From Chrysomallon squamiferum (Eukaryota > Animalia > Mollusca): 64,000 bases of DNA. Every line of letters starts with the position of its first letter. Position 1 is the stretch's first letter. The translations under genes were made by a program, and so were the position numbers. The notes below the pieces were generated by a model. It searched no databases and was not told the DNA's origin. It saw only the letters and a program-made list of their open reading frames with translations. Shown here piece after piece: positions 24,774 through 39,456 of this stretch. The stretch lies in assembly GCA_012295275.1 (NCBI GenBank), contig CM022673.1, positions 18,290,001-18,354,000 on the forward strand, in the 5' to 3' direction.

Positions 24774-27700
24774 GTTTAAAACTAAATCTGTGCAACAGCA
24801 AGAGTGCATTCTTTAGCAGGCATGTTTTTGTCAAGAGAAAATAAAACTTCAATATTACTATCAGATGAGTGTGGTAAAGAATATCAGCTTAATTTTATTA
24901 AATATTAAATTACTTTTATGATATTTGTATTAGATTGATAACTGTTTCAATGTTCATTAAAAATATTTAAAAGAAAGTTAATTTAAGTTCACATAAAAAT
25001 ATAAAAATAAACAATAATAATAGGTATAAAACAATTTGTAAAGATTTTTTTTTTAAATTAAATCTTCTTCTCTTAATATAAATGTTTGCTGTCTTTGTTT
25101 TGTGTGTGTAGTGTGTGTCTGTGAATGTGTGTGAGTGTTTGTGTTTATGTACGTATGTCTTCGATCTATCTTAGAAGGTACAGACTAACCAAGCCTATGT
25201 TCTGTTTATTGTTGTAACTTGACCACTTTGTTTGAATTAGTATAATTTACTAACACGATGTAATTTCTCAGACTCATTATAATATCTCTTCTTTCACCGT
25301 CACCTGTTTTCTTCAACTCAGGTGTTGATCTCTCTCATCTTCGCATGTTTTCTTTGCTCTCTCGTTTTATTTCTTTCTTCTCTTATTCAGTTCACTAAAC
25401 AATTATCTGATAAATGACCTTGAATCAGAAGTAAATGAAATCTCTTTTATGTTTATAAGTAGATTTTAATTATTGTTAATGAACAACACTACTCTAGAGA
25501 AGGACTCAATACACATTGATGGTCATCATAGAATAGTTACTCAGAAAATAGATCACAAGAAGAAGCAAAGGAAAAACGAACACAGAACAAATGACAACAT
25601 CGACTGATGATTTGTTGATTGTAAAGTGAGGGTTTTAGGAGAATAATCACACAGAACGTATGTTTTGTCTGATATATTCGTCCTTTTCAGAAACAAGTAA
25701 CTTCAATGTAATATATAGAAGAAAATACAAAGAAAAAACAATAAAGAAAGATAGAAAGAAAGAAAAAAGGAAAAAGAAAGAAAGAAACTATAAAAGATAT
25801 TATTCAAAAGAAAAAATCACATTTCTTCAAAACTGATTTTTAAAATGAACCTATATTCCTGTAATTTTAAACGAACCGGTTTATTTAAAATGTTACGTAT
25901 CGAAGGCGAACTCTGATTGACCAATCACGGGACAATAGCATCATTTGTTTAAATTCACAGCGAACAGGCTGTGCTCGTTAGTGCTGAAGGTGCTGATGTT
26001 GTCTGGTCTTTAATAATTCAATTTATTTTACGTCATTTTTATTTATTTATTTTTTGTTGTGGATGTTTTTCGTCTCTTTATTTTGTTTTTCTTGTCCCTC
26101 TGTTCATTTCTCTCAGCCAAAAGAGAAGTTAAAGAAACAAACTAGAACAGAAATACTGTGTATCAGTAAACCTTTTTATCTGTTCAAGTTTTTATTTGTC
26201 TTTTACCAATTTCTTACAACAAACAACACCACCGCATAAATAACATACACGAGTCCTACCGCCCGATGAAAATATTCTCAAAATAGCAAACTTTATTTAC
26301 TTTTCGAGTCAGTTCTGAAAAAAATCTAATGAAGCAAGGTGTTACGGGATGGTTCATGTAAACATTAATTTTTAACACGTTTTAATTCCTTTCTGCATGA
26401 CATTTTGAAAGAGGAGATAGACTTAATGCTTTCGTTTTAAAAAGTCACAGATAAGAAAGTAAACAATTAAAGGTACACGAAGCAAGTGAAATCTCGTGTT
26501 CTCATTTTCTGGTTCAGTAGTCAGATTAATTTGAATTATTACGCTCTCAGCGTTCCACGTTCACCGTCTATCCGATTTAACTTGAGACTCTGCGATGAAT
26601 TATACAGAGAAGTAACGAGGACATAAACCACCCTTTATTAAGCCCAAACGCCGAAGCACGAGGCAGCGAGAACGAAGCCAATTAGCTCTGAAGTTAATTA
26701 ATATTTATCGTGCGCGTGCTAGAATTTCATTGGTCAAAAGAAACGCTAATAGTCGATTATCATTGGATTATAATATCGGGAAGAGAAAAATAAAATGGAA
26801 TTAAGGTAATAAAAATAACGTATATTTTCCAGATGGTTAATTATTAATAAACAATTTCGATTAAATATAATGATGTAGTGAATTTATTATATGTCCTAAA
26901 GTTAATTACGCTAATACTTAAACAACTTATTTATTATTAATAACTTTTATGTTTCTATAAATTTATTCTGAGTTTAATTAAAAGCAAAAGGAAAACAGAA
27001 ATATTTTTATTTTTCATTTTCTTCTTATTTGTCATACTTATCTTCAGTATTATCATCTTCATAATCGATTATACAGTCGTCATCATCATATTAATTTTTG
27101 TCATTATTACTAACATCATCATTATTTTTTCTTCTTCATCATCTTTATCATTATTTTCTTATTCTTCCTGTTTTAATCATTTGTTTTCTTCTCCATCGTT
27201 TTTAATTTTTTTTTTCTTCTCGTTTAGTTATTTCTTTCTCTCATTCTTTATTAATTATAGAAATTGAAATTTATTTTTGGCCCATGCACACCAAAACGAT
27301 GACAAGGAATCAAATTCTTCTCCAAGTATGGATATTCATTTTTGAACGTGAAACGTAAAAATCTGAACACAGTGTTAAACACAGAATGACAACGAGACAG
27401 TACTGTATTTGTAAGAAGGGATTGACTTAAAAAAACAGCTCTAGCACTGTGTAGAAGAACTATCCGTGTCGTGAGAAATTTTCTGTAACCAGCTTTTCAC
27501 TGTCTGACACGACGTATCTCAGTTACATTGATTAAATGACTTTTTTACGTGTAAGTCGATAACACTTGTTCTGCTTTTTATGTGACCTCCACAAAAAGTC
27601 TAACAGTTCTTCATGTCAGACGAAATATGTTTGTTTGGAGCCAAGAAAAAGATAATAAAAAAAAAATAAAACTAAAACAAAATAAAATAAAATAAAATGA

Positions 27701-27779
27701 CAATAAAAATAAATAAATACGTGTATATATGTGTTTGTAGGTATATGTCATGTGTGTGTTGCATGTATGTGTATGTGAA

Positions 27780-27831
<52 letters not shown>

Positions 27832-27938
27832 ATATGTTTGATATATATTTCTTTTAGCTCATGTAATGAATGAATGACTATTATTTTATTTAATAACAGT
27901 TCAATCGATTTTATTACATATTTTAAGATTCTAAATAT

Positions 27939-29177
27939 TGGTAAGGTGGGGGCATATTATAACTTACTGTTCTGTCCAGGCTTCTGGAACTTTTTTGATA
28001 TAAACAGTCCCTTCCTATTTCTCATTAGAACAAAAATTTGATCATCAGCCATTTACACATGGAGTTCAGTGGCCATGAAGATAGTGAAATCAACAAGGTT
28101 GTAAAAAAGTGCATTTTGAGGTGAGTGTTATTTTTTTAGTTCTACAGACATAAAGTTAGTGATAACTTATAACAGGTAAACATAAAATCAATTATTAAGT
28201 CCAGCAGAAGAAACTTGATGAATATATAGTAATTAGGCAAGGAATGTATGTTTTATTTATTCCACCACTTGGGGAAATTCTGGCCCCCATATGTGGTGGT
28301 GAAATCAATACCTTTGACATTGATATAGCCCATTCTGAGATTTCTTTTTTCAGGAGTATAGCCCCACATCGTCCTAAAGCGACAATATCAACTGGTGTGG
28401 CACGTCGTCAAAGTTCAAATAAAATCAAGAGGATGAGGTATGATGAGACACTGAGAGAAGAAGAAAGTGTCAAGAGGTGTGAAGAAGAGTTGGCAGAGAA
28501 GAAGAAGGAGGAGCAAGAAAAACCAGAAAGTTCAAAGGTGAGACAGGAAAAGAAAAAACAGAAGAAGATACCAAAGGCAAAACAGCAGCTCAGTTTGAAT
28601 GCTTCAGTCAAAGAAAATGTTGGTGGTGATGCGACTGAACTAGAAGACAGAGATGTAGTAGATATACAAGAAAAATGTGAACTCTGCGGCAGAGCTGATG
28701 ATGGCATGGATTTGGACGAGTTCATAGGATGTGATGGGTGCCCAAATTGATCCTTGCGCAAACCTCGAAATCCCAGCTGGTGCGGACTTGAAAGATATTG
28801 TTATACTTGTGATACTTGTCAAGTGAGTTAGTTTACTGAAGTGTTGAATCTGACTTGCATTACGATTAGGACTAATTATAAGTAGTAGACAATGATTATA
28901 TAGCAATAATCAGTACATCAAATTTGAGGACCTAAATACATCACGCATGTGTTGCCAAATTTACACCAAATGGTCGAAGACAAATATGACCCCTGAGAAT
29001 TTATTTTAACCTGGTTCCATTTCAAAAGCATAAGCACTATGCATATAATGTTTCTGTATATTGAAGCAGAAATCCATGTACTACACATTATTCACTCCAT
29101 TTTGTCGTTTCCTTTTGTCTGTGAAGCTGTAGGTGAGATTGAATGGAAAAGGGGGCCAGAATTATCCGACCTTACCC
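27939..29177 (+). mobile_element. Internally deleted pogo/Tc1-mariner-superfamily DNA transposon relic
   Basis: Inverted termini GGTAAGGTGGG ... CCGACCTTACCC followed by TA. The subterminal motif AATTCTGGCCCCC is repeated inverted internally (~28277). It encloses a K/E-rich plus PHD-like coding relic. Confidence 0.55.
28355..28830 (+). pseudogene. Disrupted C-terminal fragment of a transposon protein: K/E-rich helix plus PHD-type zinc finger
   Basis: EKCELCGRADDGMDLDEFIGCDGCPN, then TGA where PHD fingers have Trp, then frame-shifted CANLEIPAGADLKDI and YTCDTC. The PHD His segment is missing. Confidence 0.6.
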
Positions 29178-31062
29178 TATTTCCCAACAACTATTACAGA
29201 AAGGAAGACACTACTTCGGGAATTGGTTGGAACGGGATATGAAAATTATTAAGAGTGGACATTTTTCATTCATAAACGCAGTTTGGACTGCGAGATACTG
29301 GTTTATTTCCGGTACAAACAGATACTGCCAGAGACAGTGCAATTAAAATTTTAAATGTTTATTTAAAATAGATTTACATCAAAGATAAAAATATAAATTT
29401 ATCTTACACTATAATTTATGTTCAGAATAGTCGATTTGGAACCTTTACGTCCCAAAACGTATTTAATTGTTTGAAACCATATTTTACAACTTGTTTCTCT
29501 TTTCTTTTTTCCTGTTTTATTTCTTCTTCAGTGTACAGAAAGCGAGTTAAAATTAATCTATTCTGTCTCTGCACTGAAATTACAGCTGTATAAACATACT
29601 TGTTTACCCTTTCTATACAAATCACCAATTTTTTTGTCTTCTATCCTTAAAATATGAAGTAATAAATATTCTTCTTTTTTAAATTACCAGAATGTTTTTC
29701 AAATTAAAGATTTTTCTGCAGTGTAAACTTCGATTCAGTCAAACAGGGAGAATGTTGTTTTGCTGTAGATAATTACAAAAATCAATTACTGTAAAAACAG
29801 TTTCGTGAACATAAAGCCAGCAGACAAGGTTTCAGTGTGAAACTTGTTAAGCAGTCTCTCCTCTCACTCTTCTGCTGATGTTTTGAGCATATCACATAAT
29901 TCAGGAACAAGACAAGTCTGTAGAAGAGCACGCTAGGCAGAGAGAGAAGTGATTTTACACCTACTACTTAACACAGAGCACGATATAATACACACTTTTA
30001 CAAGGCTTGACCTCTGCATCACTCACTTTTCTCATTAGAACATTTATAGATGAAGTCTTTGAGTGAAATAATTTGTTATTATTAACTAAGATATTTTGAA
30101 GACCGGTTATACAGGAGCTGAGTATTTAAAAAAACAAAACAAACAAACAACAAAAACAACAAAAAAACTGAATTATTGGAACAATAATAGTTACGTGCAA
30201 TTCTAACTAAAAAAAAAAAAAAAATTGTTATTGATTTATTTATTTATTTAGCTGCTTGTTTGTTTGTTTGTTTGTTTATGTACGTATTTATTTATTTATT
30301 ATTTACTGTATTTTTATTTCTTTTTTTTGCTTGTTTAGGAATAATTGTGTGCTTAAGTGTATGCATGTGTGTCCATGATTTCATGTGGGCACTTTATCTG
30401 TTTTTCTTCTTCTTCTTCTTTTCGCGCGAGGAAATTGTAGGAATTAGAGTGAGATTGTATACGTCAAATGAATCGGACAAAGGCCACTGACCCAGTGAAA
30501 ACCTCGTCTAGACAAAACCATGCAGATAATTTCTATTTATTTCTCAAATTAATTTCTGATAAGCGCAATTGATCATGGGATGGCCGAGGCACTCAAAACG
30601 AGAAGAGTGTGCTTCATCCTATTTGTGACCTGCCCCAGAGCAAACATGGTCAAAGTTAAACCTTTCCACTTCACCCACTCCATCTTAAACACGAAATGGA
30701 CAAACAGTGACTGATCGATTATTTTATTCTGTTCTGTAAAACGTCATTGTAAAATTTCATTGTCTGGACTTTAATAACATAACGATCTGTTTTCTTTTGT
30801 TAGCATTTTGATTTACTTTGGTTTAGTTTAGCGTCTGGTCTGCTTAAAAACACTGATTCTGCTCTCAGTTTCGATAACAGAGACAGTGGACTCGATGTAT
30901 TCTACGTTTCATCTTTTATTTAAATACACATATAACAGCTGCTTAAACGAATATGTTTAATTCATAGTTTAGAGCCACGATTTCAGAATATAACTAAAAT
31001 ACCCAGCAAAATTGTCTCATCATTACCATCATCATCACCATCATCATCATACCATCGCTTGA

Positions 31063-31190
31063 AAGAGTAGTTCCGGTCTGGTGAGGACAACACCCGCGCG
31101 CGCGAACAATGAAAATAGCGTCGGGTAAAAACTCCCGATTTTCTGGTCTTTCCGGATTTCAGGACACCGGTTAATTGGTCCGGTACCTGT
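31063..31190. mobile_element. Possible one-ended DNA transposon/MITE fragment
   Basis: GC-rich island ending ...CCGGTTAATTGGTCCGGTACCTG|TA, like a Tc1/mariner-type terminus with a TA target. No partner end found nearby. Confidence 0.3.
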
Positions 31191-31292
31191 ACTACTATTA
31201 CTGCTACTACTACTACTACTGTTACTATTATCACTGTTATCACTGTTACTGTTACTGTTACTACTGCTGCTATTACCACTACTACTACTATC

Positions 31293-31326
<34 letters not shown>

Positions 31327-32162
31327 GTAATATTACTATTACTAATACCACTACTATCACTACAACTACAACTACTACTACTAACTCCATCAATCTAAAG
31401 TAACATATCACGCCCCACACAAAGTTGGTCTCATCACAAGTGGAATTCAAGTCTTTACCACGGCACAAAAAATCGAAATTTCGGAATGTACGAATGTTGA
31501 CTGTATTTTATTTTCTGACTAAAATAACTGACATGGACGTATCAATTTGATCTTGATCGGTTCTCTTCGTATTTACGTAATGGCTGGTTCCACTTCATGG
31601 GAACGAAAGCAAACAAAACCGAGCGATTGAAGAATTTTACTAAACTTCTATAATAGTAGAAATTTTTAAATTTCATGTTAGCTAGATGTCAGACATGTTT
31701 GCTGATCCTTTTCTAGAATGGGATAAAACCCTATTCTATCACTACTGTTTTCGATCATTTGTAATAACAAATTACCGAAGGCAGGAAGTATTATTACGCC
31801 ATTTTTGTGTAGGAGGAAAATTACGAAAATGAAGAGCAGAAATTTAAAAAAAAAAAAATAATAAAAAGTGACTACTTTTACAACAGATCAATACACGTAT
31901 GATTAACTAACATAATCATATCCGTCCCGCTGTTTTTTACATATTTCACTTTGTTCTTCTAGACGTGTACATGATAGATATGTGACGGCTTGATGTCCAT
32001 GTTAATTATTTTCTTTAATTAAACAAGATCGAGTTACTGTGTTTAATTAACAAATCTAAGTTTCCTTTACTGTTTATTATACATTCTGCGAGTGAAAAAA
32101 CAGGTCCAAGTTTTTTTGTTTAGACAAATACATTCGTTGTTCTATTCTTTATTTGTATTTGT

Positions 32163-32430
<268 letters not shown>

Positions 32431-34860
32431 GTATTCATCTACCTTCCTACCTGCCTATCCATATATCTGTCTATTATTGAAAATATATTGACATACAGGT
32501 CACCTAAGGTGAAGGAGATCAAAAGTTTGATGTTGCGCACACAAATATTTACTATCACTTTCAGGAAACCTTATTTTCACGAGCGGATCCAATACATTTT
32601 TATAGGGAGGGTTCTGGTAAACTAGCCTGCGTAAAATTTACTTGTTCAGAAAATGCTAGTGAGAAGAATTAAATGCTGTTAGGAGATTACATATATTCTT
32701 TTAATTTTTAATGTATTCTGTTTAAAACATGTCTTTTAAAACGACAGAAATGTTTCGTTCTCTTCCACCCTCTTTCTGATCATCGTGGACTGCCGCTGGC
32801 TGCAGTGCAGTGATGTTGTGTATTCAGAAAACTGTGAGACATTTTGATTAAACTCAACAATGTTTTTGATTAACAGTACATTTGTAAATATTAACAGATT
32901 CCGGTTTGTATTGAAACACTGACTCTGTCACTTGTAGAAAAAAAAAATGTGAATATGAATCGCGGAAAAAGGCGAATACTTGCGAAAAATAACGATAAAT
33001 GTCTGGGAAATGTCATAATTTAATTAAAAAATCGAAAATATATATAAAGAGAAATATAATTTTTTTTATTGCAGATCAGTAAAACTTTAACTTTTATATA
33101 TTTTATATTTACAACATATGATTTAAACTGAATTATAAACCTGGTTAGTTATAAACTGATTGTTTGTTTCCTAGTTTGTCGGTTTGTGTCACGATGTATT
33201 GGTGTTCAAAATTTAATCATTTTAATGTGTGATTATATTCGTATCATTGAATAAAAGGCTTAAAACCTGCGTGAAGCGAGCACTCAGTACTTTACTCTAC
33301 TCCATTAACGGATCAAGAGAAATAAAATCTCATTAGATATTTTTTCTTTGCAATACAAGCTTTAACATTAATTATAAGTTAACCTTTAATATTCCAAAGA
33401 TAACCCGCAGAACTGAAAGGTCGTGCACAGTCTTTGGATATTATTGTTAAAGACAGCGATTAAAAAAAATCTGTATAATATATTAGATCTTCATAGCAGA
33501 CTAAATGGGTCAGTGTATGTCTCCAGGTATTTGCACGTGTCTTGCCGCCTAATGAAAGAGTCCGACTACCGGAATAACAGCCATGATGGACTGCGTGTAT
33601 CCAGTGGACGCTTTCACGAGGTAATGAACGCCTTAAGGACAATCACTTGTTCATCTGGAAAACGCGTTTTGCTTGTTAATTGGAATAACAATTAAAATAA
33701 TAGTAATAATAATAAAAATATAAATGAATAACTAAATAAAATAAATAAATAAAAATAGTAATAAAAAAAATGAATTTTAATACAATATATAAAACAGATG
33801 AAATAAATAAACCATTTCACTACTTGTTTCTCCGTAACAGTTGATATTTGTGGTGGTGATAAATAATAGTTCTCGACGTTGTAGTGATGTTAGTCCTTCA
33901 GATAGTAGAGATAGTATCAGTATAGTAGTTGTTTTAGTAGTAGTAGTACTAGTAGAAGTAGTACTTGTTGTTGTTGTAGTAGGTATTGTAGTAGTCGCAG
34001 CAGTGGTAGTAGATATAGAACTAGTAGTAATGACAGAAGTTATAGGAGTAGTAGTAGTTGTAGTAGTAGTAGCAGTAGCAGCAGCAAAAGTAGTAGAGTC
34101 GGTAGTGGTAATGGTAGAAGTAGTGGTAACAGAAATAATAACATTTTTGGTATAGCAGTAGTGCTTGTGGTAGCGGAAATGGTAGTAGTAGTAGTTGTGA
34201 TTATAAATATTAGCTGTAGTAGTAGTAGTGGTTGTAGTAGTAGTATTTGTTCTGGTATTTACTTTTTACTCAGTCATTACTTTTTTTAACTCTTTCACAT
34301 AGTAGACTCTCTGTGTATTTAGTATTGTAAAACATATCGAAAAAATAAAGACAAAAATTAATTAATTATTAAACGACGAAGACTACTAGAATAAGACGAA
34401 TAATGGTGTTTATTGATGTGGAATTTGCAATAAGGAGAGTGGAGATGGTGAAAAATAAACATAAAAAACAAACAGTTATGTGTGTGTTTATGTGGGTATG
34501 TCTGCTTGCTTGTATATTGAGTATGCATGATTTTGTTTTTATTATTTTATTATACTTCAGAATTTTTAGATACGTTATTTATTTGTTTAATACTAGTGAA
34601 CGTTGATTTATATTTTTGGAGAGTAAAATGAACAACAGACAAACACAAATTCCTTTAAGACAGTGTAAGATTCTCTTTGATGGATGTTTTTTTTTTTCTC
34701 GGAGCCTAGAACATCCGGGTCATTACAAAACGTCTCTGTTCGTAAATCTTCCATAATTGTCATGAACTGGTTTTCTGTATTCAGAATTCAACGTGCAAGC
34801 AAATGAAACTTAAAAAGCACCCGGTACCAGTCTTACATAAATATAAATTAATTAGCCTTC

Positions 34861-34891
<31 letters not shown>

Positions 34892-35559
34892 AAAAAGAAA
34901 AGAAAATAATAATAATAATAATAAATAAATAATAAATAAATAAATATTATTTAAAATATTCGACCACGAACGAAAGCTGTAATGAGAGAATGGTTTTCTA
35001 TTCTGACTGTAAGAAATACTTTTGTAATGTTAATTAATATTTTATTTCATTAACTTTGAATCGCTTTCTTTGTAAGGGTTAAAAGAGAAAAATGAGATAA
35101 AATAAACTCCAGTGGTTTGTTCAACCATGTAGAAATTACTGTTGATAAATAATTTACATTGAGAGTTTGATGTTAGCATTTTGTTTACTTTCAAGTCTTG
35201 TTTTAACAGTTACTAGATATCTTTCTTTCCAAACACTAATTCTTTATTTTTTTATTTTTTATTATTTTCTTTTCTTATTCATTCGAATGTTTATTTATTT
35301 GTTTATTTGTTTGCTTGTTTGTTTGATTTGGTTTATTTTACATTTGGTTCAAATAAGAAAAAAAATAAGAAAAAAATAGTCATTTCTCCTGATTTTAGTT
35401 AATTCGTTTGGGGACTGTTTCCATCGCTTACTTTCAAAATCAGGCACCACACTCTTAACTGTTCTGGACTGTTCGCACTGTCTCCATGGAATACGCTGTA
35501 TTTCTCATTTAAAACCCATTTTGTGTGGTGTGACGAAATATTGCTTTTTCGTCTTTTTG

Positions 35560-35660
<101 letters not shown>

Positions 35661-37175
35661 ATATACATATATATATTACCCCAAAATTCTCCACATTACT
35701 CAAAAATTGAAAAAAAAAAAGAAAAAAAAAGTGTAAGAAGAAATAATTTAGTTAGGTTTAATAAAGAAGCGTATTTCTGTGAAATAACATCTACAGAAAG
35801 TGATCCGGGGTTAAAGATGGCATGTAAAGGTGTAAGCTTGTTACTGAGATTTAGAAGACGAAGACCGCGGTTTAGAAAACTCCAAGGAAATCATGTCGTC
35901 GACTAACGACACAAATCATGTGTGATAGTCGCAAACAAAAATGGAAAACGTCGTGAGGATGCCACAGACCAGAAATTGATGCGCTGACAAAACGATGTTG
36001 GCGTGTCCCCAGTGATGAAGTCGCAATCCATTTGACTTTGGCGATCAGATGTCATCATTCGTTAAGTGAACTGCGCACTGACAGACGGTCGGACAGGGAA
36101 TTCACGTCCTAGTATGACGATGGTTATAACTGATAACACAGAGACTTTGTGAAATAAATATTTAATATGACATACCTCCCGTCTGACAGCCTAATTGTGA
36201 GTTTTGTCTTGTTTTTCTGACAGCTTATAACACCACAGTCAGAGTTAATGTTATTTATTTTTGTATATTCCTTTCTCAGACGCGATCTATTACGTTTGTC
36301 AACAGTTTGCTTCAGCAAGAATTCTTACTTGTGAAATATATAATATTTGTATTAACTGAAATATGTTTGTATAACATGTAACTGACAATATCCTGCGTTA
36401 GCACTTTCTTAATGAATATAACACTAGCGTGAAACTTTGTGATAGATGGCAAGAAACAAGGGTCAAATAAAAATGAAGGAAATCATTTTTATTTGAAATG
36501 GCATACAAACAATTTAGAAACAACCTGCATAATAAATAATATGTATATGTAGATAAATATGTGTATACGAGCGTGTGATTGTAAGTTCTTATCTAATGTG
36601 TCCTTAAATATTCGTGTAGATATCTGACATATGTCTTCATAACACAGCACTGAGTTAACTAATTCACTGAACTTTGCAAATATCTCTCACAACTGTCTTT
36701 CAATGAACACAAATCATAAGTCTGAACTAAAGACAATAATAAATTCATCGAGTCTGTGTCAATGTAGGTTACAAGCTGGATTTGAAAGTATTAATGTAGA
36801 TGGCTGAGACTATGTTAAGAATGAAAATGGGGTTTACTTTTCATATCAAAACAGATGTGTGAAAAATCTACTACTTTCATCATAAGGTGATAATTCAGTG
36901 AGCTGTATATATCTGTAGAATCAAGAAATGAACAGAAAGAGAAACACCGCCCACTACAGACCCACACAATCATACAAAGCCGTCTAAGTTAACAGTAACC
37001 TGTAGTCATGCCGAACTACAAAGACACATACAAACGAACACGTCTAATATATTTTGAAGATAAAAACAGACAGACACACACACATAATAACATGTACTTT
37101 ACAGGGTCACGGATACAACAGTAAAGAACGTAATATTTTTTTTTTTTTTTTTTTTTTGAGGACTGAACCCTGACT

Positions 37176-37793
37176 ATGTCGTATTTTGCATTCCAGCTCA
37201 AACACTTCTCATTTAGACGTTCATTTGTAGGTTGGTCGATCACATGTATTACTCATGTAAACTGCATCTACAATAGCAGATTTGTTTCTCCAGTTGTAAC
37301 AACAAGACAAAAACACGCGATTCACGTAGCAACTCTCGAGTTTTTCCAGCACAAATGACATGAAAAGACTTCTAGCCTCGGGCACCCTCCAACAGTTCAA
37401 GTCCATTCACAGAATTGTCATCTTGTTCGTTATCTCGCCAGGCAGAGAAGAGAGAGCCTCTTCCAAACGTGAAAAAGCTGGAGGCAGCGTCAGCAGCACA
37501 AAGTCAGCCGTCGTGTACAGACCTCATTAGAAAGCCGCGCAGTGCAAGATGTCACCAAAAGGTTTAACAGATACATCATTAGACATGCACCCTCATGCTG
37601 TGTGAAAAACTTGTTACCAAAGCATTCCTGTACATAGCTCGTTAAAACCTGGTTTTGTTTTATGTAAAGAATAAAAAGTTGTTTTCTGACATTTCCAGTG
37701 TTCTCACTTCACGACTGTCTGTTGTGTTTCTTCACTGCTCACTGTGTGTTGTCCGCTGTCTGTCAGTTTACCTCGGGCTGAAGTCAACATTAA
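37176..37793 (+). pseudogene. Possible very decayed piggyBac-type transposase 3' fragment
   Basis: SYFAFQLKHFSFRRSFVGW...VNCIYN loosely fits the piggyBac post-catalytic segment. It is followed by GHPP...CHLV and a broken Cys-rich tail (QCK..LCEK/TCYQ), AATAAA, and GGGCTGAAG...TTAA. Many frameshifts; weak. Confidence 0.3.
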
Positions 37794-38264
37794 TGTGACA
37801 CATACAGGACCACAGCACGCTCAGGTCAAATGTCTGACGTCAGTTTGAAAAACTATACACCTCGTTTGAGCAATCTTATAAGTGCTTATCACAGTTTTTT
37901 AATAATAAGAGAAAATTACAAGGAAAAATTCACAAAGAAAAAGAAAACGTGCTGAGGGCAAAATAATTTTACCTTACGTGGATCAGTTTTCAGATTTCTC
38001 TTTAATTCATTAACTTGACAGTATTATATTCAAAGTTTCAGTTTTCACTGACCTGTTAGATGTATTCTGTTTTAAAAAATAATTGTCTTCCCTTCCAAAT
38101 ACTTCACATTTCATACACAACTTCTTTAAATGTTATTTTACTCTCAGACAAACTAGTGTCATCATTTTCAACATCGTTTTAAATCAGTGAGAATTGTAAC
38201 GTATTGGGTTCAATTCTATACAAGTTCACTTCCATGTTCTGTTAATCAATCGAGGACTAATGGT

Positions 38265-39028
38265 GTGAGATCCTATCTGTAGGAAGAACGTTAGATCCTA
38301 TCTTTAGTATGAACGTTAGATCCTATCTTTAGTATGAACGTGAGATTCTATCTGTAGGATGAATGTGAGATTCTATCTGTAGGATGAACGTGAGATTATA
38401 TCTGTAGGATGAACGTGAGATTCTATGTGCAGGATGAACGTGAGAGTCTATCTGTAGGATGAATGTGAGATTCTATCTGTAGGATGAACGTGAGATTCTA
38501 TCTGTAGGATGAACTTGAGATTCTATCTTTAGGATGAACGTGAGATTTTATCTGCAGGATGAACGTGAGATTCTATCTGCAGGATGAACGTGAGATTCTA
38601 TCTGTAGGATGAACGTGAGATTATATCTGCAGGATGAACGTAAGATCATATATGTAGGATGATTGTGGGATTCTATCTGTAGGATGAACGTGAGATTATA
38701 TCTGCAGGATGAACGTGAGATTATATCTGCAGGATGAACGTAAGATCATATATGTAGGATGAACGTGAGATTATATCTGTAGGATGAACGTGAGATTATA
38801 TCTGCAGGATGAACGTAAGATCATATATGTAGGATGATTGTGGGATTCTATCTGCAGGATGAACGTGAGATTATATCTGCAGGATGAACGTGAGATTCTA
38901 TCTGTAGGATGAACGTGAGATTATATCTGCAGGATGAACGTGAGTTTATATCTTCAGGATGAACGTGAGATTCTATCTGTAGGATGAACGTGAGATTATA
39001 TCTGCAGGATGAACGTGAGATTCTATCT
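38265..39028. repeat. 25-bp minisatellite, ~30 copies (GAGATTCTATCTGTAGGATGAACGT)
   Basis: Uninterrupted tandem array with a few recurring variant units. Confidence 0.95.
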
Positions 39029-39179
39029 AGAATGAAGTTTTTCTGAAAATTTATTTTTATACAAGAATAGCAATGTATATGATCATAATTAATATTAAAT
39101 TATGTTATTTGATAATTAATTAATATTGCAGTTATTAAGAAAAGATTATGTAAAAAAATAGTGTTTACATAAATATTAA

Positions 39180-39254
39180 TAATAATAATAATAACAATAA
39201 CAATAACAAAAATAACAACAACAACAACAACAATAATAATAATAATAATAATAA

Positions 39255-39285
<31 letters not shown>

Positions 39286-39456
39286 AAGAAGAAGAAGAAG
39301 AAGAAAATGAAGAAGGAAAGAAAGAAATAAAAAATAAAAAATTCACCAAAACAATATCTCTAAACTAATAAATTTACATTTATATAGTATAATATAATAT
39401 AATATAATATAATATAATATAATATAATATAATATAATACAATATAATATAATATA
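39180..39456. repeat. Compound (AAT/AAC/AAG)n and (AATAT)n microsatellites
   Basis: Direct reading. Confidence 0.9.

Noticed and set aside
28748-28750. TGA as selenocysteine or read-through in the PHD-like ORF
   Set aside because: Accompanied by frameshifts and loss of the His ligand; ordinary pseudogene decay (TGG>TGA) is simpler.
28244-28750. 168-aa ORF as an intact host gene
   Set aside because: It lies within inverted termini, its N-terminal part overlaps subterminal repeat sequence, and the zinc finger is truncated.
38265-39028. CRISPR-like or coding repeat
   Set aside because: No unique spacers; the 25-bp unit is not a multiple of 3 and introduces stops.
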